A DNA stretch of 64,000 nucleotides, from contig JAJYNN010000003.1 of assembly GCA_021786315.1 (NCBI GenBank), forward strand, positions 3,360-67,359, read 5' to 3'. Source of the DNA: a bacterium (GTDB lineage Bacteria > Patescibacteriota > Microgenomatia > Daviesbacterales > UBA10151). Position numbers and translations under genes: made by a program. The notes beneath the pieces were generated by a model. It was not told the DNA's origin, did not search any database, and was given only the letters and a program-made list of their open reading frames with translations. This document shows, one piece after another, positions 28,589 to 38,679 of this stretch (its first letter is position 1; every line of letters begins with the position of its first letter).

Positions 28589-29947
28589 TTATACGGACTG
28601 CCCGGTATCCTCCGTCAAGAGGGAAAATAGGCTTTGCTGAAGTTGATTATTGCCATCAAACCTTTTGATAATTTCCCGCAGCGTATACAATTCTCTTTGC
28701 CTTAAATGTGCCCGTTTTTTATAGACTTCGTGTCCGCTTTTTAAAGTTTGCAGAAAGTTTTCCATTATTTCTTCATCCATCGTCTCATAAAAAGATATTG
28801 GTGGCTGCGAAAGCAGGTAGGCAATCTCCATTTTACCGATGCGAACGGAACTATTTTGGTTATCTAAAAGATGTTTATTCCCTAATGCCGCATACCTAGT
28901 TACTTGGGTGATGTCCTCCGGACGGGGACTGCTTTGCACTTCTTTTAGCTGTAAAATTCCCCGTTCCTTATCTCCTAAGGATTTAAGTTCCCAAATTCCC
29001 AGTTTCAAGCTTTTACCTTCAAAACACATTCCCAATAAGCGGATGAGTTCATCAAACGTTTTGATATCATGCCTCGCCAGTTCTCTTAAAGACAAACTCT
29101 CTTCTTTGGAAGGGGAGGTACCATCAATTGTATCCACCCATAGACCATCAGCTTTGCCGGAAGCCACTTTTTGACCATCATCAAAAACTGCCACTTTAGG
29201 GAAAGTGATTTCCCTAAATAAAACCCGCTCCTCCGGTTCCCTTAAATACCTTAATGCCGCATAACCCCAGCTTCTTAAAAATAAAGATGAGGCATATTGC
29301 ACCTTGGGAATTTCTACCTCCCTCAAGGTTTTAAGGTAGGAACCAAAAACAAGGGGAAGTAGATCATGCAGCCGGTCAACCATTGGCCTCTGCAGCACCA
29401 CCAATTCCTCTGCCGTTTCACCGTTTGTGGGATATTTCCCTAACTCCAAAAGACAATAATCAATTTCCTGGAGGTAGCTTTTATCAATTGGGCCTTCATC
29501 AAAAAAAGAAGGCTGGACAAAAGATAAGGGAAGTTCTCTCTTAAAAAGTTTCCCCACAACTTCATGGGTTAAGCTTCCAAATTGATAAAAATTTCCCCCT
29601 AAAAGCGGATCGGTATTCCCTTGCTTCCCACGCTTTTTTTCCCGAAGTTTATCCCTTATTCTCCATCTGGCATTGACGTTAAACCGGCCATTTACTTTGG
29701 TATCCGAAACATGGAGAAAATCCGGATCAGTGACCGGACAAGCGGCAAAAAGAGAGTTTAGTTCGACAATTGCAGCTTCTCCCGAAATGCCGGACAGGGC
29801 AAGGCTATCCAACATCATCCGGCACTTTATTTTATGGCCGTACTTTTCAAACCACTCTAAAAAATCAGGGTGGAGGGAAAAGACATCGATTCCCGTTTGC
29901 TGCAATGCGGCAAGATCTAAAATTTTTCCGTTTTTTATTTCTGACAT
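28589..29947 (-). CDS. hypothetical protein (452 aa), operon partner of the ParB-like gene; possible PD-(D/E)XK signature
   Basis: Ends 10 bp upstream of 27259-28578. GKADGLWVDT ... GIWELKS could be a D...ExK nuclease core. This is a weak pattern-based inference only. Confidence 0.55.
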   Translation of the reverse strand: MSEIKNGKILDLAALQQTGIDVFSLHPDFLEWFEKYGHKIKCRMMLDSLALSGISGEAAIVELNSLFAACPVTDPDFLHVSDTKVNGRFNVNARWRIRDKLREKKRGKQGNTDPLLGGNFYQFGSLTHEVVGKLFKRELPLSFVQPSFFDEGPIDKSYLQEIDYCLLELGKYPTNGETAEELVVLQRPMVDRLHDLLPLVFGSYLKTLREVEIPKVQYASSLFLRSWGYAALRYLREPEERVLFREITFPKVAVFDDGQKVASGKADGLWVDTIDGTSPSKEESLSLRELARHDIKTFDELIRLLGMCFEGKSLKLGIWELKSLGDKERGILQLKEVQSSPRPEDITQVTRYAALGNKHLLDNQNSSVRIGKMEIAYLLSQPPISFYETMDEEIMENFLQTLKSGHEVYKKRAHLRQRELYTLREIIKRFDGNNQLQQSLFSLLTEDTGQSV

Positions 29948-30005
29948 ACCACCAAGGGCAGGAAGATACAGGTAAAATAGCGGCTTAAGAAAAATAAATC
30001 AAGCT

Positions 30006-30284
30006 CTATAAATTAGATGCTTCGGTTTTTAGCCCGGTAAAATCTTCCGAAAAATCTTCCGGGGCAAATTTCCCGGCCTCTTCTCCTAAATTACTGTCCT
30101 GGTTAAAGACAATAGGGGTAGGTGTTGGAATAAGGGTGGGCGTTGGAATCTTAGTTGGGGCGGCCAAGAACTGCCCGGCAAACGGAGAGGCTAAACCCTC
30201 ATCATTTGAAGTTCCTATTTTAACTGCCGTCACCAAAACAGCCGCTATCACCAAACCAAAAATTAATAACTTTTTCCCTTTCAT
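30006..30284 (-). CDS. small secreted Pro/Thr-rich protein
   Basis: Signal peptide MKGKKLLIFGLVIAAVLVTAV, then PTPTLIPTPTP linker. Confidence 0.5.
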   Translation of the reverse strand: MKGKKLLIFGLVIAAVLVTAVKIGTSNDEGLASPFAGQFLAAPTKIPTPTLIPTPTPIVFNQDSNLGEEAGKFAPEDFSEDFTGLKTEASNL

Positions 30285-30808
30285 TTCCCAACCACCCCCT
30301 GCAATATTTTTTGGGAATAAATAACCTTGGACCGGGTAGAATTCAACTCTGACTGGAAGAGGTTAATTGTCGAATTGGCATCACTTTTAATATTGCCTTC
30401 GGAGGATAAATCAAAGATATAAATCTTGGCTGCCTGGTAAGCCACCGCTTCATGGGCATACGTCACCCAATACCTTGCCGTCTTAATATTTTCGGCATCC
30501 TTACCGTTTTCCCTTCTTTCATATTCATCCAAAATGGCTGCCTGAACTTCCATAATCCGGTCCAGCTGGTCTGTCCTCTTTTTATTAACAGCCGCAATAT
30601 CTTCTGATAGTTTTATCAGCGCCTGTTTGTGGACTGCAGAATAACTAGCAACCCTTTTCTCATAAGCTGCTCTTTTCGCCTGAACAATATCTTCAGGTGT
30701 AATCCTCGCTTGTACATTAAATGTAATAAAAAAAGAAAGTGAGATGCTTAGAAAAACTAAAATTCCCTTAATGCTTACCACTAATCCCTTACCCCTAATT
30801 TTCCTCAT
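30281..30808 (-). CDS. hypothetical membrane-anchored coiled-coil protein
   Basis: N-terminal TM (ILVFLSISLSFFITF). 4-nt overlap with the downstream gene and 14-nt overlap with the comM end. Confidence 0.5.
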   Translation of the reverse strand: MRKIRGKGLVVSIKGILVFLSISLSFFITFNVQARITPEDIVQAKRAAYEKRVASYSAVHKQALIKLSEDIAAVNKKRTDQLDRIMEVQAAILDEYERRENGKDAENIKTARYWVTYAHEAVAYQAAKIYIFDLSSEGNIKSDANSTINLFQSELNSTRSKVIYSQKILQGVVGK

Positions 30809-32315
30809 GTGCCCTATATGTTAAAGCCTCAGCTATGTGTTCCGTCAATATGTTTTCCGATTCCGCCAGGTCAGCAATTGTCCGGGAGAGTTTTAAGACC
30901 CGGTGATAGCCACGGGCCGATAAATTCATTTGGGAGATCGCCAATTTTAAGAGATCTAATGCTTCAGTAGTGATTTGGCAAAATTGTTTGATATGGGAAT
31001 TATTCATCTCGGAATTGGTTAGAATCCCGCTTTTAGCAAATCTTTTTAGTTGGACTTTTCTGGCTCTTTCCACTCTTTCTCTAACTGTTTTGGAATTTTC
31101 CGCCAACTCCTCCCCCGTCAGTTTTTCCACATCGACATAAGGCACATCTAGATGGATATCAATCCGGTCCAAAAGCGGGCCGGACATCTTCTTTTTGTAA
31201 CGGGAAATTTGCCCCGGCATGCAAACACAATTTTTGTTGGGACTACCTAAAAACCCGCAGGGGCAAGGGTTGTGAGCAGCCAATAAAATAAACTGTGAGG
31301 GGAAAGTTAAGGATCCGGAAGCCCGGGAAATAGTCACTTTTTTATCTTCCAGCGGTTGACGGAGCGCTTCCAAAACCTGCCGGGGAAATTCCGGCAGCTC
31401 ATCCATAAACAACACTCCCCGGTGAGCCAAGGAGACTTCCCCCGGCTTGATATTATTCCCTCCTCCGATCATCCCCACATAAGAGGCAGTATGGTGTGGA
31501 GCCCGGAAGGGGCGGACTGTGACAATTGGTAAATCCGGGGAAAGGTTACCGGAGACAGAATATACCTTTGTTACCTCCAACGCCTCCTGTTTGGTCAAAG
31601 AGGGAAGGATGGAGGGAAAGCTTCGGGCAAGAAGTGTTTTTCCGGCACCGGGAGGCCCTTTTAATATAACGTTGTGTCCCCCGGCGGCAGCAATTTCCAG
31701 CGCCCTTTTAGCCTGCTGCTGCCCCTTTATATCTTTAAAATCATATTCATAATCCCTCTCCAAGGTTAACTCCAAACTTGTAGGAGTTTGCGGTTCCACA
31801 ACTTTTGCCCCGACCAAAAATTGAAAGACCTCCAATAAATTTGTAAAGGGATAAACTTCCAGTCCTTCCACAATTGCTGCTTCGGTAGCATTTTCCTTGG
31901 GGACAAAAATCCTTTTTAAACCTAAGTTTTGGGCTAAAATGGCATACGATAGAATTCCATGGGTGGAGCGCAAACTGCCATCCAGGGACAGCTCCCCGAC
32001 AATTAAAGTATCCGATAAATCCTTCTCCAGTTGCCCTGAAGCCAGGAGCAGCCCTATGGCAATCGGCAAGTCAAAAGCCGGACCCTCTTTAGGTAAATCC
32101 GCCGGGGCTAAGTTGACGGTAATCCTTTTGGCCGGAAAATCCGCCTGGGAATTTTTTAAGGCTGAACGAACCCTTTCCCTTGATTCCTCCACCGCCCTGT
32201 CGGCTAATCCAACGAGGGTAAAAGAGGGGAGACCCTGGGAGGCAATATCCACCTCCACAGTTACAGGTACTGATTCCAAACCGACATTAGCCCCCGAAAT
32301 TACTTTGGCCAGCAT
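30795..32315 (-). CDS. comM: YifB/ComM-family Mg-chelatase-like AAA+ ATPase
   Basis: N-terminal Lon-like domain MLAKVISGANVGLESVPVTVEVD. Walker A GPPGAGKT. Walker B VLFMDELPEF. C-terminal zinc finger CPCGF...C. Confidence 0.88.
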   Translation of the reverse strand: MLAKVISGANVGLESVPVTVEVDIASQGLPSFTLVGLADRAVEESRERVRSALKNSQADFPAKRITVNLAPADLPKEGPAFDLPIAIGLLLASGQLEKDLSDTLIVGELSLDGSLRSTHGILSYAILAQNLGLKRIFVPKENATEAAIVEGLEVYPFTNLLEVFQFLVGAKVVEPQTPTSLELTLERDYEYDFKDIKGQQQAKRALEIAAAGGHNVILKGPPGAGKTLLARSFPSILPSLTKQEALEVTKVYSVSGNLSPDLPIVTVRPFRAPHHTASYVGMIGGGNNIKPGEVSLAHRGVLFMDELPEFPRQVLEALRQPLEDKKVTISRASGSLTFPSQFILLAAHNPCPCGFLGSPNKNCVCMPGQISRYKKKMSGPLLDRIDIHLDVPYVDVEKLTGEELAENSKTVRERVERARKVQLKRFAKSGILTNSEMNNSHIKQFCQITTEALDLLKLAISQMNLSARGYHRVLKLSRTIADLAESENILTEHIAEALTYRAHEEN

Positions 32316-32348
32316 TCCAAAACCAGTATACCAAAACTACAAGATATA

Positions 32349-33938
32349 CTACCCTAGTTTTTCCCTTTGGGACCTAAGGAAAAGGAACCAGTGTTCAAAG
32401 AAGGCAAAAAGCTCTTTAAACGGAGTTTCAATTAGAAGATCAAACATGACAATTAAAATATTGGCTTTGGAAATCCCCACAGTTAACTGCCTTCCCACCT
32501 GAATAAAGGGCATAAAAAGAAAATCAAAAAGCAGCATCCTCCAGCTTTGTTTCTCTTCCGCCATAGTATAAATCCTAGCAGTCTGGTCTATGCGGTAGGC
32601 AAAGAAGGAGACAATCGCCAAAAAGAAAACAAATACTCCCTGGCTAACAATATTAAAATGGAGCTTGCTTAAGATAAAGACGACCACCCCAAAGCCCAAA
32701 ATACAGGCCAGGACCCAAAGCATCCCGTAAACGATATATAAAACCGGATTGCTTTTAGGATAATTCTCAATAATCACCTGTTCCTTCCTAAAAGGCTGGT
32801 TATCAAATAAAACAGCTTTAATTTTTTCTAAAATCCTTTTGGAATTCTCCTGGTCGGGGGTTTTGATAAACATACTGACTAATAACATCAAAAAAGGCGG
32901 TGCCGAGGTATTTAGAGCAATCGATCCCCATATGACCTTGCCATATACAAAGCTTTCAAAACTTCCCTCCACAGCCAGAGCTAAAGAGGCCTTGGTGATA
33001 AAAAGAAAGATAATGCTCCTTAAGACTGCCCGCCTGACCTTGACTTTTATTTCCCGGTAGTGTTCCAGACAAGTCCCCAAAACCGCATTTTCCAATTCCA
33101 CTTCATTATTTAAAATCCTTGGCAAATCTTTTTGGTGTTTCCGCAAGATATCTTCCAGAATGAAAAACGGCGGCGTCTGGTTTTTGACGTAGGTATAAAT
33201 TTTATCCTTTAGCGGATAGTTTAATAAGCTTTCTATCTTTTGGTACCCTGGCAAGAAACCAGCAGCAACTTCATTAAGGTTTTCTTTTGTGAGCCCCCCA
33301 AATAGCTGGTAAAAAAGGTCAAACCGCAAAAGCCCTAAATCTTCCTTGGCTAAAGTTTTCCTTATGGCGATAAAGACCTGGACATCCTTTGTCTCTTCAT
33401 CCTCCCCCTTTAAGATTACCTGGCCCTTCAGTAACTGAAACATAAAATTGGCCATGTTTTTAATCTCTTTGTAAGGATGCAAAATCTGGGTAATATCAGC
33501 AGACATAACTTCAAAGATCCATTCTTCCGTTTTCTTCTTTGGTAGATCAGAATGGCTGGTAACTTTTTCCGATAGCGAGACATATAAATTAATTTTCTCC
33601 GCCACTTCTTCGATCACCTTTTCCGGAATCGTGTTGTCCGGAAAATACCTGGCCCACACCAGTTCCCTAACCAGGGACTGGGCAGCTTTTTCTCCGCTGT
33701 TGCCCAGCATCAGCCTTCTTTTAACGATTCTTTCTATAGCCGACCGCAAAATAACTTCATCGTTGCGGTAATCCGCTGCATCTTCCCGGTAGTCCATAGC
33801 ATTGCGAACTTTTTCATACCATTTGGCTACTTCGGCAACCAGGGGGTTTACGGAAATCTTCTTGTCGTTTGTTGGAAGATCTTCCCTGTTAAACTCGCGG
33901 ACCAGGGCCAGGGAAATTGGTGATAATTTTTTCTGCAT
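32349..33938 (-). CDS. hypothetical polytopic membrane protein (529 aa)
   Basis: Soluble N-terminal half. C-terminal half has several TM helices. No family recognised. Confidence 0.55.
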   Translation of the reverse strand: MQKKLSPISLALVREFNREDLPTNDKKISVNPLVAEVAKWYEKVRNAMDYREDAADYRNDEVILRSAIERIVKRRLMLGNSGEKAAQSLVRELVWARYFPDNTIPEKVIEEVAEKINLYVSLSEKVTSHSDLPKKKTEEWIFEVMSADITQILHPYKEIKNMANFMFQLLKGQVILKGEDEETKDVQVFIAIRKTLAKEDLGLLRFDLFYQLFGGLTKENLNEVAAGFLPGYQKIESLLNYPLKDKIYTYVKNQTPPFFILEDILRKHQKDLPRILNNEVELENAVLGTCLEHYREIKVKVRRAVLRSIIFLFITKASLALAVEGSFESFVYGKVIWGSIALNTSAPPFLMLLVSMFIKTPDQENSKRILEKIKAVLFDNQPFRKEQVIIENYPKSNPVLYIVYGMLWVLACILGFGVVVFILSKLHFNIVSQGVFVFFLAIVSFFAYRIDQTARIYTMAEEKQSWRMLLFDFLFMPFIQVGRQLTVGISKANILIVMFDLLIETPFKELFAFFEHWFLFLRSQREKLG

Positions 33939-33976
33939 ACTAAAACCTACAGGTCATTATACAAATCCAAAGCGGT

Positions 33977-34774
33977 TTGGTAAACTTGAAAGCTATGCAC
34001 GAATTTTTAGGGGCCTACCAACCCGGAATGAAACTCGCTGATTTACATATCCACTCAGCAGGATCTGACGGCGTGCTCACGTTCCAGCAGATTACAGAGA
34101 AAGCAGCCGCCCAAGGGCTGGACAGTATTGCCATCACCGACCATGAAGTTATCGACTTCGCACAGCTGGCAAAAAAACATTGCCGGAATCAGGGGTTGCC
34201 TCTGGAGGTAGTTGTCGGTGCCGAGATAACGACTGCCCGGGGGCATTTGGTTGGGCTATATTTAGAAAAAAATATACCCAGCGGCAAGCCTTTAAATTGG
34301 ACCATTAAAGAGATCCATAGCCAGGGAGGGTTAGTTGTTGCCCCTCATCCATTTTTAAGACTCACAAAATCGGTAGGGAAAAAAGGACTACTTGAGGTAA
34401 TTAGCAGCCACGACCCGGAAGTTTATTTTGATGGTTTTGAGGTTTTTAACGGCGCCGCTTTTGACCGGTGGCCCCAGGACAACGAAAGTGCTTTATCGTT
34501 TTATACTCAATTCAGCAATAAATTAGGGTCACCCATCGGAGGGACTGATGCCCATTTCCGGACTATCGGCAGAGGATTGACAGGCTATACCAAACCTTTG
34601 AGGGAAGCCATTATAAATAAACAAACTGCTGTTTTTTACCTTAATGAAAAAGAACAGGCAGCGCCTGCTGATTATTTAATGAATTTTTACCGGGGAATAA
34701 TATTGGAACCCAAACGGCGGATCGAGAGGTTCACCCAAAGGGAGTTGATCGGACCCTTAATTCCTGGAGAGTAA
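33977..34774 (+). CDS. PHP-domain metal-dependent phosphoesterase
   Basis: LADLHIHSAGSDGVLT...IAITDHEV PHP motifs 1-2. Confidence 0.8.
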   Translation: MVNLKAMHEFLGAYQPGMKLADLHIHSAGSDGVLTFQQITEKAAAQGLDSIAITDHEVIDFAQLAKKHCRNQGLPLEVVVGAEITTARGHLVGLYLEKNIPSGKPLNWTIKEIHSQGGLVVAPHPFLRLTKSVGKKGLLEVISSHDPEVYFDGFEVFNGAAFDRWPQDNESALSFYTQFSNKLGSPIGGTDAHFRTIGRGLTGYTKPLREAIINKQTAVFYLNEKEQAAPADYLMNFYRGIILEPKRRIERFTQRELIGPLIPGE

Positions 34775-34780
34775 AGTTTG

Positions 34781-34866
34781 TGCCTAGGAAGCGTATAAGC
34801 GGAGCTTGCGACCCTCGGTCTAAAGCCAGATTCTGCCTAGGAAGCTTGTAAGCCAGATTCTGTCTT
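34781..34866. repeat. degenerate tandem repeat (tgcctaggaagc...agccagattc units), part of a mosaic intergenic repeat family; inverted copy of gcctaggaagc at 35163-35174
   Basis: Unit A 34781-34833 and unit B 34834-34864 (B is A with an internal deletion). Segment ggagcttgcgaccctcgg is the reverse complement of 47697-47714. The ORF 34957-35169 between the inverted copies is probably not coding. Confidence 0.6.
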
Positions 34867-35208
34867 TTACCCAAACCTCGATCTGTTAAGTTTGAAGTAA
34901 TTGATGAAATCTATCTACCAAGTGATATAAATGTCACTTTGTTCCCGTTTTAAGGGATGCTCCTGATTTTGACTGTTGAGCGAGCAGCCCAGTCATTTCT
35001 AGGATTGCAGCGGGGAGGATTGCCCTTTTCACTCCGGCTTGACCCGGCATTAGTCTCTGTTGCTCTAACTAGCGGTTACCCGTATTATCTTACGATAATC
35101 ACCCTGCTCTATGCTGTCTGGACTTTCCTTACTTCGCCTTACGGTTCAGCATATCATCCAGCTTCCTAGGCACGTATATTTTATCAGGATAGAAAGGGGG
35201 AATCAAAT

Positions 35209-36183
35209 TTAGACAGGCTCTTCATCAATCTTTAAACTCTCCTGTAAAATAAGTTGCACCACTACGGCAATAGGCACCGCCAAAAGCGCTCCCCCCAAAC
35301 CCAATAGCCTTCCCCCCACCGAAATTGCCAGGATTACTAAAATCGGATTTAAACCTACAGCCCGTTTCATCACCTGAGGGACTAAGACATGTCCTTCGAC
35401 CTCCTGAACCACTAAATACAACCCGGCTACCAGGGCAGCCAGAAGCGGGGATACCGTCAGAGCAATAAGGACCGCCGGGATGGCAGCAATAATTGGCCCT
35501 AAAACCGGCACCACTTCCAAAAACGCGGCAATAATGGCCAACGGCAAAGCAAAATCTACACCTAAAATTATCAGGCCGGCATAAGTTAAGGTGCCGACCG
35601 CCAGGGATAAGAAAAGCTGTCCCCGGAGCCATGATCCCAATTTGTCCTCAATCATCCGCATAACTTTTTTGGCCTTTCCCTGCCGGCTCCCGAAAAATGA
35701 GGTAGCGTAATCTTCAATATGCCCCCGGTCCAGCAGTAAATAAACCGTAATCACTAAAACACTGACAAACCCAATCAGGTTTTTAAAGATACTGACCGTA
35801 ATGTCTACAGCCTGTCCCGGGAGCTTGGAAAGTTCCTGCTGTAAGACACCCGGATCAACAATGTGTGCCTGGGCAAGCATTGAAGTCATCTCAGTTAATC
35901 TCTGGGTCAAATGACTGGTTTGGTTAATCAAAGGGGTAAACCCAACTGTCAATGCCCCTACCAGGCCCAAAACAAGGAGTAAAAGAAGGAGTAAAATTGC
36001 CACCACCCGGGGGACTTTCCACTTAACTAATTTTTCCACCAACGGCGCCAATGCCGACATAAAGATAAACGACACAAAAAACAGCAGCAAAATATCCAGG
36101 ATCTTAAATACGATCCAAAGAAGGATCAGAAAAATGGTCACAAAAATGATGGTTTTATAAGAAATATCTATCCTTCGTGTCAT
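35209..36183 (-). CDS. AI-2E family transporter (UPF0118/PerM)
   Basis: 8-TM topology with the family's long loop. Gly/Pro-rich C-terminal TM bundle. Confidence 0.75.
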   Translation of the reverse strand: MTRRIDISYKTIIFVTIFLILLWIVFKILDILLLFFVSFIFMSALAPLVEKLVKWKVPRVVAILLLLLLLVLGLVGALTVGFTPLINQTSHLTQRLTEMTSMLAQAHIVDPGVLQQELSKLPGQAVDITVSIFKNLIGFVSVLVITVYLLLDRGHIEDYATSFFGSRQGKAKKVMRMIEDKLGSWLRGQLFLSLAVGTLTYAGLIILGVDFALPLAIIAAFLEVVPVLGPIIAAIPAVLIALTVSPLLAALVAGLYLVVQEVEGHVLVPQVMKRAVGLNPILVILAISVGGRLLGLGGALLAVPIAVVVQLILQESLKIDEEPV

Positions 36184-36267
36184 ATAATTTTCCCTATAAT
36201 CCCGAAAGATATTTCTTTCAAGCTTTGCTTAAGACCAATAGGTCGTAAGCTGTGCTTATATGAGATA

Positions 36268-37239
36268 TCAATCCGTCTGGTCATCGCTTGAATCATACCA
36301 CGCAGATACGGCCTTTTCCACCTGATTGGCTACATCTTTTAAAGTGGTATCAAACCATAAAATATCCTGAACCTTTTTAAACCAGGTCATTTGCCTTTTG
36401 GCATACCGGTAAATCTTTACCGACAGTTGTTCAACAAACTGGTCCTGGTTAATTTCCCCCTCCAGAAGTTTTGCCAGCATCCCGTATTCCAACCCCAGTT
36501 CCTTCATCCTTTGAAAACTCAACCCTTCTTGATGCAGCTCCTCCGCCTCTTTTATCATCCCTTGCTGGATCCGGGAAATTAAACGGTTAAAAATCCGTTT
36601 TTTAACCAGGTCCCGGGGGGCAGTAAGGCCAACCTTAAGAAGGTCGTAATTTTCAATTTTAAATTTTAAATTTTTAATTGGTCGCTTGTATGGATACATA
36701 TGTACTAATTCGATAGAGCGGAGGAGACGGCGTGGATTTTTTCTGTCAGATTCATTCAGTTCATTAAAACGGGTAGGGGAGAGTGATATTAATTTTTCCT
36801 GGAGCTCCAAAAGGCTAAGGTCTTCCAACTCCCCTCTTAACTTCTCATCCACCGGAACTTCCAAGTTAGGCAAACCTTCAAGCAAAGCCCTGATATATAA
36901 CCCGGTTCCTCCAACAATAATTGGCAATTTGCCTCTTTCTAAAATATCCCCGATTATCTTCTCTGCCTGTTCTGCATAATCCTTCACCGTATACCTCACC
37001 TGCGGATCAACAACGTCATACATCCATACCTTCACCTCATCCATTTCCCAAAAACCTTGACCCTTTTTTACATCCACCTCATCTCCCGGCAATTTACCGG
37101 TTCCAATATCCAATCCTTTATAAACCTGGCGGGAATCAGCCGAAATCAGCTCCCCGTTGAACTTTTTTGCCAGCATTAACCCCAGGTCGGTTTTCCCTGT
37201 GGCTGTTGGCCCTAAAATTACTAATGCTTTTTTCATCAT
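36268..37239 (-). CDS. miaA: tRNA dimethylallyltransferase MiaA
   Basis: P-loop LVILGPTATGKTDLGLMLA. ISADSRQVYKGLDIGTGK. Confidence 0.9.
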   Translation of the reverse strand: MMKKALVILGPTATGKTDLGLMLAKKFNGELISADSRQVYKGLDIGTGKLPGDEVDVKKGQGFWEMDEVKVWMYDVVDPQVRYTVKDYAEQAEKIIGDILERGKLPIIVGGTGLYIRALLEGLPNLEVPVDEKLRGELEDLSLLELQEKLISLSPTRFNELNESDRKNPRRLLRSIELVHMYPYKRPIKNLKFKIENYDLLKVGLTAPRDLVKKRIFNRLISRIQQGMIKEAEELHQEGLSFQRMKELGLEYGMLAKLLEGEINQDQFVEQLSVKIYRYAKRQMTWFKKVQDILWFDTTLKDVANQVEKAVSAWYDSSDDQTD

Positions 37240-37247
37240 GCTAAAAT

Positions 37248-37949
37248 ATGGGTAATTGTATGATTATTGAAGGAAGTGATCAACCGGAAATAGCCAAAAA
37301 GGCCTGGGTGGCCCGGGAAAACGGTGACCCGGTTTTGGCCATCGCTTTATGGACCCAACTCCTGCGGGAGCTGGAACTCGCCGGAGAATGGGAAAAGGTC
37401 ATCAATTACCTGGTGGATATCTCGATTGCCTGGAAAAATTTTGCCTCTGAAACGGAAAATCCGGAATACGCTTTAACCTCTTTAAAGACTTTGGATTATG
37501 CGAAGTTTCTCGCTGAAAAATATAACATTCCCCTAAGGAAAGATTGGGAACTTTTAGTCGGAAGAGTTGAAGTTGACTGCCAAAATTATTCCGATGCCAT
37601 CAAAAAGCTGGAACATTACTTGGAAACTGCCCAGCTGAGACCGGAAGAAAAGGCGGATATTAAAAGCCAGATAGGCTTTGCTAAGTTTAAGTCAGGCGAT
37701 AAGGAAGAAGGCTTGAAACTTTTGGAAGAAGGTTTAAATGACTTGGAACACATCTCAGAAGACGTTACCTATCAGGATAAGAGTTTGGTGGAGATAAAAA
37801 GGACCGGGGCTAAATTAAGATTAGCCCGGGTTTTGGATGATAAAGAAAAAGCTAAGAAACTCGCAGAAGAAGCATTACAGGAGGCTCAAGAAAAAAGTCT
37901 CGGCGCCCGGGTCAAAGAAGCCCAGAAGCTTCTGGATAAAATGGTATAA
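37248..37949 (+). CDS. TPR-like repeat protein (paralogue 1)
   Basis: Helical repeat protein; paralogous to the adjacent gene. Confidence 0.55.
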   Translation: MGNCMIIEGSDQPEIAKKAWVARENGDPVLAIALWTQLLRELELAGEWEKVINYLVDISIAWKNFASETENPEYALTSLKTLDYAKFLAEKYNIPLRKDWELLVGRVEVDCQNYSDAIKKLEHYLETAQLRPEEKADIKSQIGFAKFKSGDKEEGLKLLEEGLNDLEHISEDVTYQDKSLVEIKRTGAKLRLARVLDDKEKAKKLAEEALQEAQEKSLGARVKEAQKLLDKMV

Positions 37950-37956
37950 TCAAAAC

Positions 37957-38679
37957 ATGGATTCCCAAGGAAGACAATTACATGGAGAAGCAGCTAAAGC
38001 CCGAGAAAGCGGAAATTTTGTCGAAGCCCTTAAATTACTCGACCAGGCCTTAATTGCTTATCAGGAAGCAGGAGATAAATTAGGTTTTTCGGAAGCAATC
38101 TCTGATCGTTCCATTACTTTACGCCATTTATCCCAGCAAACCAACGATAATGACTATTTAAAACTTGCCGAATCAGAAATGAAAGCAGCAATAGAAATAG
38201 CTCAGGGATCAGGTAATTCTGAAGCACTTTCCATACCTTTATTTAATCTGGCTCAAACCCAGGAGGATTTAGGAAAATACGACGAGGCAATAAAAAATTA
38301 CCAGGAATCCATCTCTAAAACGTCTGCAGGCACGCCAGGTGCTGAAATTAGTTCATATAGTCCAGCCCAAAACCGACCAGCATATTTAGCTAACATGAAA
38401 ACTCACCTGGCACACGCAGAATACAAAAACGGAAACAAAAAAGCTCTTGAAGAGATGGAACAAGCAATTAAAGATTTAGAAAATTCCGAAGAGCCTGATT
38501 TTTATAGCAAAAATGTTTGGCTTTCCGGATCTTATATGAGAACCACCGACATGTTAAAAGATGATGACCCTCAGAAAGCCAAAGAATATTTACAAAAGGC
38601 TAAAGAAATTATTGATTCTGATGAAAGATTAACTTTAAGGAAAAAACAGTGGGAAAAATTAGCGGCAAGCTTTAATTAA
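37957..38679 (+). CDS. TPR-like repeat protein (paralogue 2)
   Basis: Start placed at MDSQGRQ. The ORF-track start at 37837 overlaps the previous gene in another frame. Similar N-terminal layout to 37248-37949. Confidence 0.55.
   Translation: MDSQGRQLHGEAAKARESGNFVEALKLLDQALIAYQEAGDKLGFSEAISDRSITLRHLSQQTNDNDYLKLAESEMKAAIEIAQGSGNSEALSIPLFNLAQTQEDLGKYDEAIKNYQESISKTSAGTPGAEISSYSPAQNRPAYLANMKTHLAHAEYKNGNKKALEEMEQAIKDLENSEEPDFYSKNVWLSGSYMRTTDMLKDDDPQKAKEYLQKAKEIIDSDERLTLRKKQWEKLAASFN

Noticed and set aside
34957-35169. 70-aa ORF between the PHP gene and the AI-2E transporter
   Set aside because: It lies between inverted copies of the gcctaggaagc repeat. No RBS, hydrophobic low-complexity product. 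Probably non-coding repeat region.
35225-35632. 135-aa Gly/Arg/Cys-rich ORF
   Set aside because: Antisense and in-phase with the AI-2E transporter gene. Its composition is an artefact of the GC-rich codons opposite.
37837-37956. N-terminal 40-aa extension of the second TPR gene
   Set aside because: K-rich translation of the A-rich antisense-frame overlap with the preceding gene. Start moved to ATG 37957.
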